DNA from: Chloroflexota bacterium
GTDB lineage: Bacteria > Chloroflexota > UBA11872 > VXOZ01
NCBI GenBank assembly: GCA_964291655.2
Contig: OZ219802.1
Location: 96,001-160,000, forward strand
Reading direction: 5' to 3'
Length of the DNA: 64,000 bases
The translations under genes were made by a program, and so were the position numbers. Of the stretch, positions 17,570 to 27,925 are shown one piece after another; the first letter of the stretch is position 1; the number at the start of each line of letters is the position of its first letter. A model generated the notes under the pieces. It was not told where the DNA came from. It saw only the letters and a list, made by a program, of their open reading frames with translations, and did not search any database.

Positions 17570-19360
17570 TCAGCGCTTGCTATTGCCAGATCCCCATTGG
17601 ATTTCCCACGTATACGCATGCCCTGCCGCGTAGTCGGCAGGTAGAAGTACTTGGGGTCTGCCCTCCAGGGCGGATGCTTGTACTGGAACGTGCTCCCCAT
17701 TTACCTTTGCGCTTTGCATTGGCGCGCCTCGATACGCGTAGGGCAACGCGAGAGAAAGGGCATGCACCGGATGCGCCGCTTCTAGACTGAATCGCAATGT
17801 AAGAGTCTCCGGCTGAAACTCGTAGGCGGTGATCTGAAGCGAGCGCCTGGCATCGTTGAAATTCACCCAGTCCACCCCGCTAACAAAGTGAAATTCGCGA
17901 TCGCGACAGTAGCCTAATACCGCCTCCAACCAGTGCTGGGACGAGGTTGGGCCCGCGCGGGTACGGAGGGGGTGGAAATACGGGTGGTAGACCGTGTGGA
18001 ATTGATCGATGGCCGCGTCCGCCTGTTCCTTCGAGAGCGCGATACACTCCTCAGTACTTAGTGGCGTGCCGAAGATTTTATCCGCGGTCCAACCGTCGTC
18101 GGTGGACATCGTCGTTTGCTCATAGATGTCGAGCAGCCTGCCTTCTTCATCCATAAACTTGACCGGCAGACCGCTCCCATTGACGTATCCGGCAAAGTGA
18201 AAGCGGCCGGGGGCAAAGTTGGTATCGAGCCGCACTTTGTTCTCGCGCAGGTACTTTGCCGTTTCGGTCCAGCCGGCCCAGATGACACTGTGTCCACGGT
18301 AGGTCACGGACTCGTGGCCGTACCGGGTGCGGAAGGCGTCCATTTCCGCCCGCAGGCCACTGCGCATTTCCTCCAGTGAAGGTCTACCCCCGGCAAACGC
18401 ATGTTGACCGAAGTCGTGCCCCTGCTGACGCAGGGCGCTCTCGTAGGCCGGTTCGACTTTTGGATGGTCTTGCATCATGAGATACGTGGTATACGGCACC
18501 TGGAAGCGGTCCGCGGTCGCTATCGTATTCATCAGGTCTTCTAACGCCATACTGTCGCCGTCGCCGTTGACAAATGCTACGGCATGCGCCGCTTCGGGAA
18601 AGTGCCATAGACGCGGCAGCGGCTGAACGAAGGCCGCCATCCATTCGAGGATTCGCACCAGTATGTCTTGCTGGAGATCAGCTTGGGGCAGAGGGCAAAG
18701 CGCGGGATCAAGGTAGCCGACGAAGAAATCATTGGGCTTGTACATGCGGTCACCGTCAAGATCGGGATTGGATCCGGTACTCGCCTGGTCAGCACGCCCC
18801 TGGTGGAGGAGTACTGTGCTCTCGGCAAGGTCATAGGCAAAAACCGCCCATGTGCCCGGGCCCCGGCTGCCAACCGCAATTGCGGGGTGATTGGTTACGT
18901 AGTCAGGATGTGCGGCAAAGTATGCCAGCACGTTTGCGGGATTACCATGCCAGGTATAGAGTTCGGCGCGGCCGTGAAACTGCATAGGAGGCAGGCTAAT
19001 GCCGTCATTCAGGGCGCAGAGCTTATTTAGCGCGATGTAGCGATCCGCGAGGTCACGACCGAACGGAGCAAGACCCAGCGCGGACGCCAGTTGTTCAGGT
19101 GGTCGCAGCGCAATCAAAGCGCCGCCTTGCTCGACATAAGTCAGCAACGTGCCCGATGATTCAGCAGGTATATCGACATGGGTCAGCACCACAACAGGAT
19201 GCTGAGCAAGCTGTTCGGGAGAGATGCTCGCCATAGCGAGATCGTGAACTGTAAACCAATTGAAGCCTTCAATATGCAGAATCTCTGTAATGTACCCTGC
19301 AAGACGCGCATTGCTCTGGCTATCCCAAATGACTAGAATTGGCGAGACGTTTTGTGACAT
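17570..19360 (-). CDS. Hypothetical protein with glutamine-amidotransferase-like N-terminal region and polysaccharide-deacetylase-like barrel
   Basis: YVEQGGALIA, NGDGD, GHDFGQH, TYRGH and HPYFHP motifs. Family call is by resemblance. Confidence 0.6.
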   Translation of the reverse strand: MSQNVSPILVIWDSQSNARLAGYITEILHIEGFNWFTVHDLAMASISPEQLAQHPVVVLTHVDIPAESSGTLLTYVEQGGALIALRPPEQLASALGLAPFGRDLADRYIALNKLCALNDGISLPPMQFHGRAELYTWHGNPANVLAYFAAHPDYVTNHPAIAVGSRGPGTWAVFAYDLAESTVLLHQGRADQASTGSNPDLDGDRMYKPNDFFVGYLDPALCPLPQADLQQDILVRILEWMAAFVQPLPRLWHFPEAAHAVAFVNGDGDSMALEDLMNTIATADRFQVPYTTYLMMQDHPKVEPAYESALRQQGHDFGQHAFAGGRPSLEEMRSGLRAEMDAFRTRYGHESVTYRGHSVIWAGWTETAKYLRENKVRLDTNFAPGRFHFAGYVNGSGLPVKFMDEEGRLLDIYEQTTMSTDDGWTADKIFGTPLSTEECIALSKEQADAAIDQFHTVYHPYFHPLRTRAGPTSSQHWLEAVLGYCRDREFHFVSGVDWVNFNDARRSLQITAYEFQPETLTLRFSLEAAHPVHALSLALPYAYRGAPMQSAKVNGEHVPVQASALEGRPQVLLPADYAAGHAYTWEIQWGSGNSKR

Positions 19361-19702
19361 AGTGCAGAAGCCTTCTGGTCGGTGCAAACGCTGGCGGTAG
19401 ACTGTCAGATCGGAAACTCTGCTTGGCGGCAAGGCCCTTCGTCAATGAGCTCACGCTGCCGGCATGCTGGAAGGTCGCGCCAAGTCAAGCCCACTCACGC
19501 TTAGTTCGCTACAGCATACAGTGGCCGGCAGCGTGTGTCCACATGTGCTTCGTCTTAATGGAGATTGTGAGTTTGGTTTGCACCTCCTGCTGCCCTTCCC
19601 TACGGATGTAGGCACGCAAATTCCCGATTATAGACACAATCGTTGACGGCTCATTAGCCTTCCAGTAGCATAGAATTACGGTGCAACTGCGCCATTCGTC
19701 GG

Positions 19703-19778
19703 AGGAGCGTAGCTCAGCTGGAAGAGCACTGGTCTCCAAAACCAGCGGTCGGGGGTTCGAATCCCTCCGCTCCTGCCA
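19703..19778 (+). tRNA. tRNA-Trp(CCA)
   Basis: 76-nt cloverleaf, CTGGT-CT-CCA-AA-ACCAG anticodon arm, encoded CCA. Confidence 0.97.
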
Positions 19779-20309
19779 AGCACCAGCCAGGGGCCCTCTG
19801 CAGCAGAATCATGGGTCTCATTTTGGTTGGCCAACTCTTACTATCCGAGCGGACAGTGAACAGCCTCGTCGGGCTTGCTTGAAATTGTTCTTGGCGTTCC
19901 AAGGAATGCCCATCACTTGGCTGTGCAGGTAGGGTCTTCTCCTTTGCAGGCCGGCCTAGCTCCGGTCTTTGGCTCTCTCCCTGGCATTGGTTACAGGTGG
20001 AGCAAAGGCCGCCACGGGGCAAGCTCACATCCCAATTGGAGACTCTTGCGTAACTTAGCCTAGCTATTGGGATTTGAGTCGGGTCGGTGACTACTCCCCC
20101 TTAACCGGCCCTCTCCCAGGGCTAGGAAGCTCCCTCGCCAGCCGGCTCGGGCGGTGCAAGGTCTCAAGCGCGTGTGACAAAGGGCTGGAAATACAGAAGA
20201 AAGAGCAGACTTTGAGCTGTCATGTGTCATACACTCTTGAGCGGGTCTCTTCGGCTGGTTATAGCACGTTAGCCATGAGTCAATGTTGTGAATCTGAGGT
20301 TCACACGAG

Positions 20310-21239
20310 ATGAAACTGGCACTCTATGGAGGTATTGGCTGGCAACACCCGTTTGGGCTGGCGAAAGTCCTCGCGTGGGCTGGGAAGTATGGCTATCACG
20401 GCATAAGTCTGCGGGGCTATACGCTCGACGTTCCACAGCGATTGGAACGCCACTACAACGCTGTGGGCTACGATATGATCAGTCCGCGCCTCGTAAATGA
20501 GGCAGGGAGAAACGAGTTTCGCCGCGTTCTCAGGGCCAAGAAGCTCGAAATCGCCTGTCTTTCCTGCTATTGCCCGTTGACCTATCCCCCGGGAGAACTC
20601 CGCGCGCAGAGTCTGTCACTCAACCGGGCCTACATCGACTTGGCCGCCGCTCTTGACGTGTATTGGCTCCGCAGCATCGGCAACGTCCTTGACCCCGTGC
20701 CGGGAGTAGCGCTTTCGTTCGAAGAAGCCCAGGACCATCACGTGGCTGCACTCAGAGAGCTCATGCCGTATGCCAAAGAGCGTGGCATTCGTCTGATCGT
20801 AGAAACTAATGAGAATACGACCACGTCCAATGCCGATGAACTCTTGGCCGTGCGCGACGCAGTAGGGCCCGACCTCGATATCGTGATGGACGGCGCCAAT
20901 CTCTACATGGAGGGCATGGACGTGCTGGGTGCAGCGCGTCAGTTAGCCCCGCACATTGCTATGCTCCATGTGAAGAACGTACGCCGCCGCCGGCCGGGAG
21001 AGCTAGACTATCTGCCAAAGAACGTGTACGGCTACGAGTGGACGAAGCTCCCGGATGGAGATGTCGATTGGAAGGCAGTGCTCGCTGAACTGCGACAGGG
21101 CGGCTTCGACGGCTACGTGCTGTATGAATACGTTAATCCGTTCAAAGGCATGCCGCGAGCCTATTGGCACCTCTTGCCTGACCCGGAAGAGGCTGCAAAG
21201 TCAGCAGCGGAATACTTGCGAGACATTGCCGGACTCTAA
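20310..21239 (+). CDS. Sugar phosphate isomerase/epimerase (xylose-isomerase-like TIM barrel)
   Basis: LIVET, MDGAN, LHVKN, GDVDW and GFDGYVLYEY motifs. Confidence 0.87.
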   Translation: MKLALYGGIGWQHPFGLAKVLAWAGKYGYHGISLRGYTLDVPQRLERHYNAVGYDMISPRLVNEAGRNEFRRVLRAKKLEIACLSCYCPLTYPPGELRAQSLSLNRAYIDLAAALDVYWLRSIGNVLDPVPGVALSFEEAQDHHVAALRELMPYAKERGIRLIVETNENTTTSNADELLAVRDAVGPDLDIVMDGANLYMEGMDVLGAARQLAPHIAMLHVKNVRRRRPGELDYLPKNVYGYEWTKLPDGDVDWKAVLAELRQGGFDGYVLYEYVNPFKGMPRAYWHLLPDPEEAAKSAAEYLRDIAGL

Positions 21240-21556
21240 CAGATCTGCGCTTGCGGCGACTCTCGCACAACACAAGGACCAGCCTCAGCAAGACGTCCAA
21301 AAGCCATGCCGACTACGCTCCACAAGCTAGCTTGGCAACAGGTCGTTTCTCGCCGTTCCTTGCGCTACCGCTTTCCTCTCTCCTTTGCGATCGAGACGCC
21401 AGGCTTATCCCGGTGTGAGATGAGAAGGGGGTGATTGACCGGTAAACCTAGTTCCAATACGCTAGAGGCACTCCCGGTCATCTGGCAGAGGAAGCTCCCG
21501 TATGATGAAAGTGGGTTTCGACCCATAGCCACTTTGACGGGTGCGGGAGAAAGTCA

Positions 21557-22840
21557 TTGGCGAAGAACTCTGACAAACAACATCGAGCCATTGGGAAGGT
21601 AATGTTGTTGCGCTTGCAGTCACGCTGGCGACCTGGACGCTTGCGCGCGTTCCAGGCAATAGCAGGCATTATTATCAGTATAGTTCTCCTGTGGCTAGTG
21701 CTGCGGGGACTTGACCTAAGGCAGACTTGGGCTGCGCTCAGCAACACCAACTATTGGTACCTGGCGCCCGCAGTGTTTGTCTACTTTCTTGGTGTTGCGA
21801 TTCGGGGTCTCCGCTGGCAGCGACTCTTGTTGCCGGTTGAGCGCATACCTGCCCGGCAGGCGATTGCGCTCCTTATCGTCGGTTACACCGTGAACAACAT
21901 TGTGCCGGCGCGCATGGGGGACGTCATGCGCGTCTTTTTGCTTGCACGGGAGACAGGGATTCGCAAGAGCGCTTCTCTGGCAACTGTTGTCCTGGAGCGC
22001 CTCTTGGACCTGCTGGCCATACTTGCCATAATCGTGGCGTGCACGCTTGTGCTCCCTTGGCCGTCGCCGATTCTTACGGCCCTACGTGTTGCCGCAGTAT
22101 TGGCGATTGTAGCGGCTGGAGTCTTAATTCTTGTCGCCACTCACCAGTCTCAGCGCTTGCAGGATGGCGTCGGCCCGGCACGAACTGTGTGGAGAGCCCT
22201 TGCGCTCTCGGCACTGCTGGCTGTCTTGCTCGGGACGGCCTTTGCTGAGCTTGGACAGTGGATCCCCGATACTCTCTTGCTGCCTTTAGCCGGCGCAGGC
22301 ATTGTATTCTTGCTCGCAACGTTCGTTGCCGCTACCGTCGCCCGCGGCTATTTGATTTCGCTGCCCTTGCGTCTCTCACTCTTACTGCCTGGCAGGCTGG
22401 GCTATCGGATAATCTCTATGGCGAGGTCATTTGTTGAAGGTCTTCAGAGCCTCCGTTCGCCCCAGCGACTTGCGGAAATGGCTGGGCTGAGCATGGCATC
22501 TTGGATTGTCGAAGGGCTATCGTATTACTTGATCGCGCGAAGCATGGGCATTGACGAATCGGTCCTGGTGTTTCTCTTGACGATGGGTGTCATCAATATC
22601 TTCTCCGCGATTCCGTCTTCTCCCGGGTATATTGGACCGTTCGAGTTTGCGGGAAAGCTCGTGCTAACGCAGTTTGGCATTGCGGCAGAAATGGCGGTTG
22701 CCTACCTTCTCCTGATGCACGTACTTCTCCTGCTGCCTGTGGTAGTGCTTGGTGGCGCGCTCGCTTGGAGGCGCCGCGAGCGCTGGTGGCCAACTTCGGT
22801 GGATTCGCCGCAGTCTCCGCTGGGCCAAACTACAACGTAG
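21557..22840 (+). CDS. Lysylphosphatidylglycerol-synthase TM / flippase-like membrane protein (UPF0104)
   Basis: LRWQRLL, NNIVPARMGDVMR, ERLLD and PSSPGYIGPFE motifs. Start may be 21602. Confidence 0.85.
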   Translation: MAKNSDKQHRAIGKVMLLRLQSRWRPGRLRAFQAIAGIIISIVLLWLVLRGLDLRQTWAALSNTNYWYLAPAVFVYFLGVAIRGLRWQRLLLPVERIPARQAIALLIVGYTVNNIVPARMGDVMRVFLLARETGIRKSASLATVVLERLLDLLAILAIIVACTLVLPWPSPILTALRVAAVLAIVAAGVLILVATHQSQRLQDGVGPARTVWRALALSALLAVLLGTAFAELGQWIPDTLLLPLAGAGIVFLLATFVAATVARGYLISLPLRLSLLLPGRLGYRIISMARSFVEGLQSLRSPQRLAEMAGLSMASWIVEGLSYYLIARSMGIDESVLVFLLTMGVINIFSAIPSSPGYIGPFEFAGKLVLTQFGIAAEMAVAYLLLMHVLLLLPVVVLGGALAWRRRERWWPTSVDSPQSPLGQTTT

Positions 22841-22859
22841 AGCCAACCTGGAAAATCAT

Positions 22860-24221
22860 ATGGATGCTATGCCGAAGAACGCCGATCCGGATGCTCCGCT
22901 ACGTATAGCCGTCGTTGGCGGTGGCTTTAGCGGTCTGGCTGCCGCCGAAGCTTTGCTGGCTCAAGGCGCCCAGGTCCACATCTTCGAGAAACAGTCGCAG
23001 CTTGGAGGTGAGGTCGCCACACGCGCGATTGGAAGCACATTTGTCGAGTATTACTACCACCATTGCTTTAGCAGCGACCATCACCTTCTCGCCTCGGCCG
23101 ACCGCCTCGGCGTAAAAGACCAGCTAACCTGGGTCGATTCCACGATGGGATTCTATTGGAAGGGCCGGTTGCTCCCCTTTAACGGCCCGGCAGACGTCCT
23201 GAGATTTGAGCCGCTCAGTCCGTTGCAGCGCTTTCGGCTCGGTTTGTCAGTGCTCTACTTGCAGCGACGGAAAAATTGGCAGCCATACCAGGACATAAGC
23301 GCTGCAGACTGGATGCGACGCTTCTGTGGCGACCGTGTATTTGACACGGTGTGGGGCGGCTTGCTCAAGGCAAAGTTTGGCGAAGACTGGCACCGTGTGA
23401 GCATGTCTTGGCTCTGGGCCCGCATCCACGTGCGGGCGGCCTCGCGTTCGAAGGGCATGGCAAAAGAGCAATTGGGCTACTTCAATAACTCGTTTCGCAC
23501 ACTGGTGGATGCGTTTGGGCGCCGCATTGAAGAACTGGGAGGTCACATTCACCTGGAGGCGGCCGCCGAGCGGATAGTCATAGAAGACGGACAGGCGCGC
23601 GGTATTGTGACTGGCGGTGAGCGGCACGATTTCGATCTTGTGCTGGCGGCTGTGCACACGCCCATCTTTCTCTTTCTCACGCCCGATCTTCCGGCAGAAT
23701 ATCGTGAAAGACTGGGCAGAATCGAGTATAAGGGAGCGTCTTGCCTGCTTCTGGAACTCGACCGCCGGATGTCGCCGTTCTATTGGCTCAATATCAGCGC
23801 GGAGGAGCTACCGTTTACGGCTTTGGTGGAGCAAACGAATCTCGTGTCGCCGGAAGCCTATGGTGGGAGCCACTTACTATACGTAGCGCGCTACATGTCG
23901 CCGGGAGACCCGTTGATGCGGATGGAAACCACGGCGCTATTTGAACACTACTTGCCGTTCCTGCAGCAAATGTATCCAGATTTTTCGAGGGAGATGGTCA
24001 AGAATATGTGGTCGGGCGGCGATCCGTTCGCCCAGCCTCTCATCGAAGTTGGCTACCAGCGCAAGAAGCCGGAATTGCGCACGCCGATCCCACGGCTCTA
24101 TCTGGCAAACACAACACTCATCTATCCCGAAGATCGGGGCATAAATTATAGCATCCGGCTGGGACAGGAAGTCGCTCAGCGGATCTTCGCCGACGCACCA
24201 CAACTCAAGCAGCGAAATTGA
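22860..24221 (+). CDS. FAD-dependent oxidoreductase (amine oxidase / protoporphyrinogen-oxidase-like)
   Basis: GGGFSGL, EYYYHH and IYPEDRG motifs. Confidence 0.85.
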   Translation: MDAMPKNADPDAPLRIAVVGGGFSGLAAAEALLAQGAQVHIFEKQSQLGGEVATRAIGSTFVEYYYHHCFSSDHHLLASADRLGVKDQLTWVDSTMGFYWKGRLLPFNGPADVLRFEPLSPLQRFRLGLSVLYLQRRKNWQPYQDISAADWMRRFCGDRVFDTVWGGLLKAKFGEDWHRVSMSWLWARIHVRAASRSKGMAKEQLGYFNNSFRTLVDAFGRRIEELGGHIHLEAAAERIVIEDGQARGIVTGGERHDFDLVLAAVHTPIFLFLTPDLPAEYRERLGRIEYKGASCLLLELDRRMSPFYWLNISAEELPFTALVEQTNLVSPEAYGGSHLLYVARYMSPGDPLMRMETTALFEHYLPFLQQMYPDFSREMVKNMWSGGDPFAQPLIEVGYQRKKPELRTPIPRLYLANTTLIYPEDRGINYSIRLGQEVAQRIFADAPQLKQRN

Positions 24222-24278
24222 CATAAGCGCTCCCGCTTGACCGCTGCGATCACTATTCCCTAGAATCGTTCTAGACTT

Positions 24279-24364
24279 GCCGAAGTGGCGGAACGGAAGA
24301 CGCGCTGGTCTCAAAAACCAGTGGGGTAACACCCGTGCGGGTTCGACTCCCGCCTTCGGCACCA
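24279..24364 (+). tRNA. tRNA-Leu(CAA)
   Basis: 86 nt, CTGGT-CT-CAA-AA-ACCAG anticodon arm, long variable arm, CCA. Promoter TTGACC-N18-TAGAAT at 24237-24266. Confidence 0.97.
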
Positions 24365-24618
24365 AGCTAGCTGCGCCAGCATTTGCATTGGTGAGGTTAG
24401 TACCTCCCGTCGCTCTTGATTCGCTCACTTTCCCTGGGCGCGGAGCGCAAGCCCTGTCTGAGAGATAGCCATGACCAGATTGCACAATACTGTGCTGGGT
24501 GGTTCTAATTTCCAATTGCAGGTAGGTCCCCACTTCTTGGCATGAGTTGTCCGGCCCAAGCTGATGTCGTGGCAGTTGAGTCTGTGCGAAAGTCACGATT
24601 AATATCCTGGGGGAGCTA

Positions 24619-25002
24619 ATGACGAGCGTGCTATTTGTAGCCCTTGGCGGCGCCTTCGGCGCGACCCTGCGCTACTTGCTCTCAGGATTCATCAATCGCT
24701 ACTTCGAGACCTCATTCCCAACGGGAACTCTGGGGGTCAATCTCATCGGCTGCTTCGCGGTGGGACTGTTGTGGGAACCACTCGCGCATACGGCACTTTC
24801 CCCACAGATTCGCACCTTTTTCCTGATTGGCGTACTCGGCGCATTTACGACGTTTTCAACCTACGGCATCGAAAGCGTGAATCTCGTGCGCGCCGGCGAA
24901 CTGCGCTTGGCGCTCGTCAATCTCATCCTCAGCAATGTGCTGGGAATTGCTTTCGTCCTGCTGGGCCTCGGTATCAGCCGACTCGCGAGTAGCGCAGTTT
25001 AG
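24619..25002 (+). CDS. crcB: Fluoride efflux channel CrcB/FluC
   Basis: GGAFGATLRY, PTGTLGVNLIGCF and GAFTTFST motifs. Confidence 0.95.
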   Translation: MTSVLFVALGGAFGATLRYLLSGFINRYFETSFPTGTLGVNLIGCFAVGLLWEPLAHTALSPQIRTFFLIGVLGAFTTFSTYGIESVNLVRAGELRLALVNLILSNVLGIAFVLLGLGISRLASSAV

Positions 25003-25163
25003 CTGAGATCGTCTCGACTCGATTGAATGTAGAGAGCTCGGGCATAGCGCTAACGTGACGATTGCATCTGAAGAATCTTGCACCGCGATTAATTGGGTGT
25101 GGACTTGCCATTGCGGATCGATTGATCAGGTCGTCTGGCGTTGAAGTTGTCGACTACAATCCT

Positions 25164-26177
25164 CTAGCTCAGGCGCGTCCAATCGAATTGCACGCCTATG
25201 GCTTGGGAACGGTCTTGCGTGAGCATGGAGTACGCATCGGGGGCTTCGCGTGGGTCGTATTGGTGCGTGATGAGGTCCTCAACCTGCATTTGGCCGCGTT
25301 CCACATAGGTGAAGAAGAGCTCCGTCATGTGCTTATGGGTCCAGTGGGCGTAGTCGGTAGCGGTGGGAGGCGGGTTGGAGCTGTGGGCGCCTACGAGCGT
25401 CACGCCGCGGCGGATGATGTCGCCGGTGAGCCGTTGATTTGAAGGTGTGCCGGTGTCACCGAGCAGCAGGACTTTCCCGAAGCGCCGCGCCAGTGGCAGT
25501 GCCGTGGGCAATACCGCCGCGTTGCCGGTAATGTCGTAGACGACGTCAGCCAGCTTCCCATGCGTAAGCGACGCGATTGTCTCCTCAGCATCAGCAGATG
25601 AGATTGGCAAAGTGTGGGTCGCACCGTGGGATGCTGCCAGTGCTAGTCGCGCCGGTGCCGGATCGATGACTATCACCCGATTGGCTCCGAGCAAACGCAC
25701 GAATTGCACCACTAACTGACCCAATATGCCGGCGCCTATCACCACCACGTCGTCGCCAAGCCGGTGCTCCGCGCGCCGGACGGCATTCTGCGCAATGCAC
25801 GCCAAGTAGAACCAGGCGGCAGCCTGATCAGTGACGCCCTCCGGAATCTTTATGGCGCGCCCCGCGTCGCTGATCGCGTACTGCCCGTGCTTCGCGGGCA
25901 TTGCAACGCGGTCTCCTGAAACAACACTGGTAACCCCGGCGGCGGTCTCAAGCACCTCCCCAACCGCGCTGTACCCAGGCCGGAAGGGATACTTCACCCA
26001 CTCGTCCCAGTGCGTGCCTGGCGCAAAGTTGCGTTGCAAGCAGATGCACTCTGTACCAGTGCTGATGAGTGAACGCCGCAGTCGCACCAGGATTTGAGCC
26101 GACTGAATGTCCGGTACGGGATACCGCTGAACAGCAACAGAGTCTTTGGCAAGGAAAACAACATCAAGGGATTCCAT
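25164..26177 (-). CDS. Zinc-binding alcohol dehydrogenase family (MDR) oxidoreductase
   Basis: ISTGTE, PFRPGYSAVG, GAGILG and LITH motifs. Confidence 0.88.
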   Translation of the reverse strand: MESLDVVFLAKDSVAVQRYPVPDIQSAQILVRLRRSLISTGTECICLQRNFAPGTHWDEWVKYPFRPGYSAVGEVLETAAGVTSVVSGDRVAMPAKHGQYAISDAGRAIKIPEGVTDQAAAWFYLACIAQNAVRRAEHRLGDDVVVIGAGILGQLVVQFVRLLGANRVIVIDPAPARLALAASHGATHTLPISSADAEETIASLTHGKLADVVYDITGNAAVLPTALPLARRFGKVLLLGDTGTPSNQRLTGDIIRRGVTLVGAHSSNPPPTATDYAHWTHKHMTELFFTYVERGQMQVEDLITHQYDPREAPDAYSMLTQDRSQAIGVQFDWTRLS

Positions 26178-26507
26178 GGTCTTAACACCTATTGTGGTGG
26201 CTACGGTTTTCTTTGCAACGGGGCGAATGCCAGCTCTCTCATGCGATGGAGTGTACCAGGCCTGAATACGACAGAGTACCCCTTCGATCTGCGTTTTTCA
26301 CCAAGTGTTTGGCGAGAAACAGCAAACCGGCATTGAGAATTGCTCGACCGCAAATACGTTGACTTGGTGACATTATGGCAGTCTTGGATTGGCAATTCGA
26401 ATGCTTGCCGTCGCATGATGACAAGCGTACGATAACGCTAGTAGTGCAGACTGCCAAGACCGCCCGGGAAGGCGCACTTATCTTTACATTACAGAGGGAG
26501 TAGGCCG

Positions 26508-27572
26508 GTGACGCAAAGCCAATCCTATCCATTCTTTGACGTACGTGGCGCGCCGTATGAGTTGGGTCGCCAGCACGGAGAGGCGTGTCGTGAACAAGTT
26601 CGCAGTTTCCTGGATCACTCGTATCAGTCGATTGGAGAGTACAAACAGCAAGGTCCCGCAACGTTGCGAGCGCGGGCAGAGTCGTTTGTGCCTTCCATCC
26701 AAGGGTTCATTCCCGATGCAATATCAGAGATGAAAGGCATCGCGGCAGGCGCAAATGTCTCCCTGTCTGAGGTCGTGTTGTTGAATGTGCGAACTGAGCT
26801 TACCTTGGGCGACGCCGGTTTGAGCGACGGATGCAGTTCGCTCGGCTTCCTAACGAGCCGTACGGACAACGAGAATACAATCATTGCCCAAAATCAGGAC
26901 GTAGGGGAGTGGATGAAGGAAGTGGGCGTGGTGTTGAAGGTGTCGCCAGACGAGAAACCGGCATTCATCATGTTTACGTGGGCGGGTGTGATTGGGTACC
27001 CGGGTTTCAATGAGCACGGTGTTGCATTCGTGCAAAACCAACTCTATACGGAGGGATGGCGGGTCGGAGTCTCACATTACCCTCTCAAGCGGCGGATCTT
27101 GGAGTGCCGCAATCTTGCGGAAGTTCTTGACATAATGAATGAAACGACATTCTCTTCTGCTGGCAATTACCTGATGGTAGATGGCGAGAGCCGCTTGGTG
27201 GATGCCGAGATTGCGGCCCCTCACGGAGTGGGGGTGATAGAGGCGACCGAGGGTACGCTCGCACACACGAACAATATCCGTTCGCCTGAGCTCGAACAGT
27301 TTGACACATTCCGCAGTCAATTGCCGGATTCAGAGCCGCGCTGTGCCCGGGCGGACCAGTTGGTCTCAAGTGTAGACCGTGTTTCCGCAAGCGACGTGAT
27401 GCAGATGATGTCTGACCATGCCGGCCATCCCCACAGTATTTGTAGACATAACGATGGCACGCCGGAGAGCATCGAAACCGTGGCCTCTTACGTGATGGAG
27501 CCGCTCCAGGGACGACTCCACGTCAGCTACGGTAATCCCTGCGCGAACGGCTATACGGCTTACACGCTCTAG
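26508..27572 (+). CDS. Peptidase C45 / acyl-CoA:6-APA acyltransferase-like Ntn hydrolase
   Basis: YELGRQHG, DG|CSS autocleavage site, AQNQD, HTNN and GNPC motifs. Confidence 0.88.
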   Translation: MTQSQSYPFFDVRGAPYELGRQHGEACREQVRSFLDHSYQSIGEYKQQGPATLRARAESFVPSIQGFIPDAISEMKGIAAGANVSLSEVVLLNVRTELTLGDAGLSDGCSSLGFLTSRTDNENTIIAQNQDVGEWMKEVGVVLKVSPDEKPAFIMFTWAGVIGYPGFNEHGVAFVQNQLYTEGWRVGVSHYPLKRRILECRNLAEVLDIMNETTFSSAGNYLMVDGESRLVDAEIAAPHGVGVIEATEGTLAHTNNIRSPELEQFDTFRSQLPDSEPRCARADQLVSSVDRVSASDVMQMMSDHAGHPHSICRHNDGTPESIETVASYVMEPLQGRLHVSYGNPCANGYTAYTL

Positions 27573-27883
27573 AACGATACAAAGTCATTGAGTTCGGATT
27601 TCGTAGTTCCAGTTGCAGGGGAATATTCGCGCAAGCCCGTAGGGCGCGGCCCTTAGCACTGTTTTCAGATTCATTTACTTGGTTGGCGCGGCCCCAATTG
27701 CACATGCTTTGCAAGCCGGAGTCGCAGGCAGTTCACGAGGCGGCTGATCGCAGCCATTGTGCTTCTTCAGCGACAGCCAACTTAAGTGAGACAAGCACTG
27801 CCCATCTCTGAGCCCATGAGTCGGCTGACGACCAGAAATAGGCTACTGAAGCATCAAACCAAGATTGGTTCCGAAATCCAAGT

Positions 27884-27915
27884 TAAGTTCCGAGAATGTA
27901 TCTTCTCGGAACTTA
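27884..27915. terminator. Perfect 13-bp hairpin between convergent genes
   Basis: taagttccgagaa-tgtatc-ttctcggaactta. Confidence 0.7.
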
Positions 27916-27925
27916 TTTCCAGTTT

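Noticed and set aside
20075-20170. yybP-ykoY riboswitch-like words on the minus strand (AAGGGGGAGTAG, TTGAGACCTTG)
   Set aside because: The two words are in the wrong order, and no Mn-related gene follows.
24400-24618. Fluoride riboswitch upstream of crcB
   Set aside because: Only a GCTGATG fragment is present. The GGnGATGGnGTnCnCC and TGACnCCTAC elements are not found.
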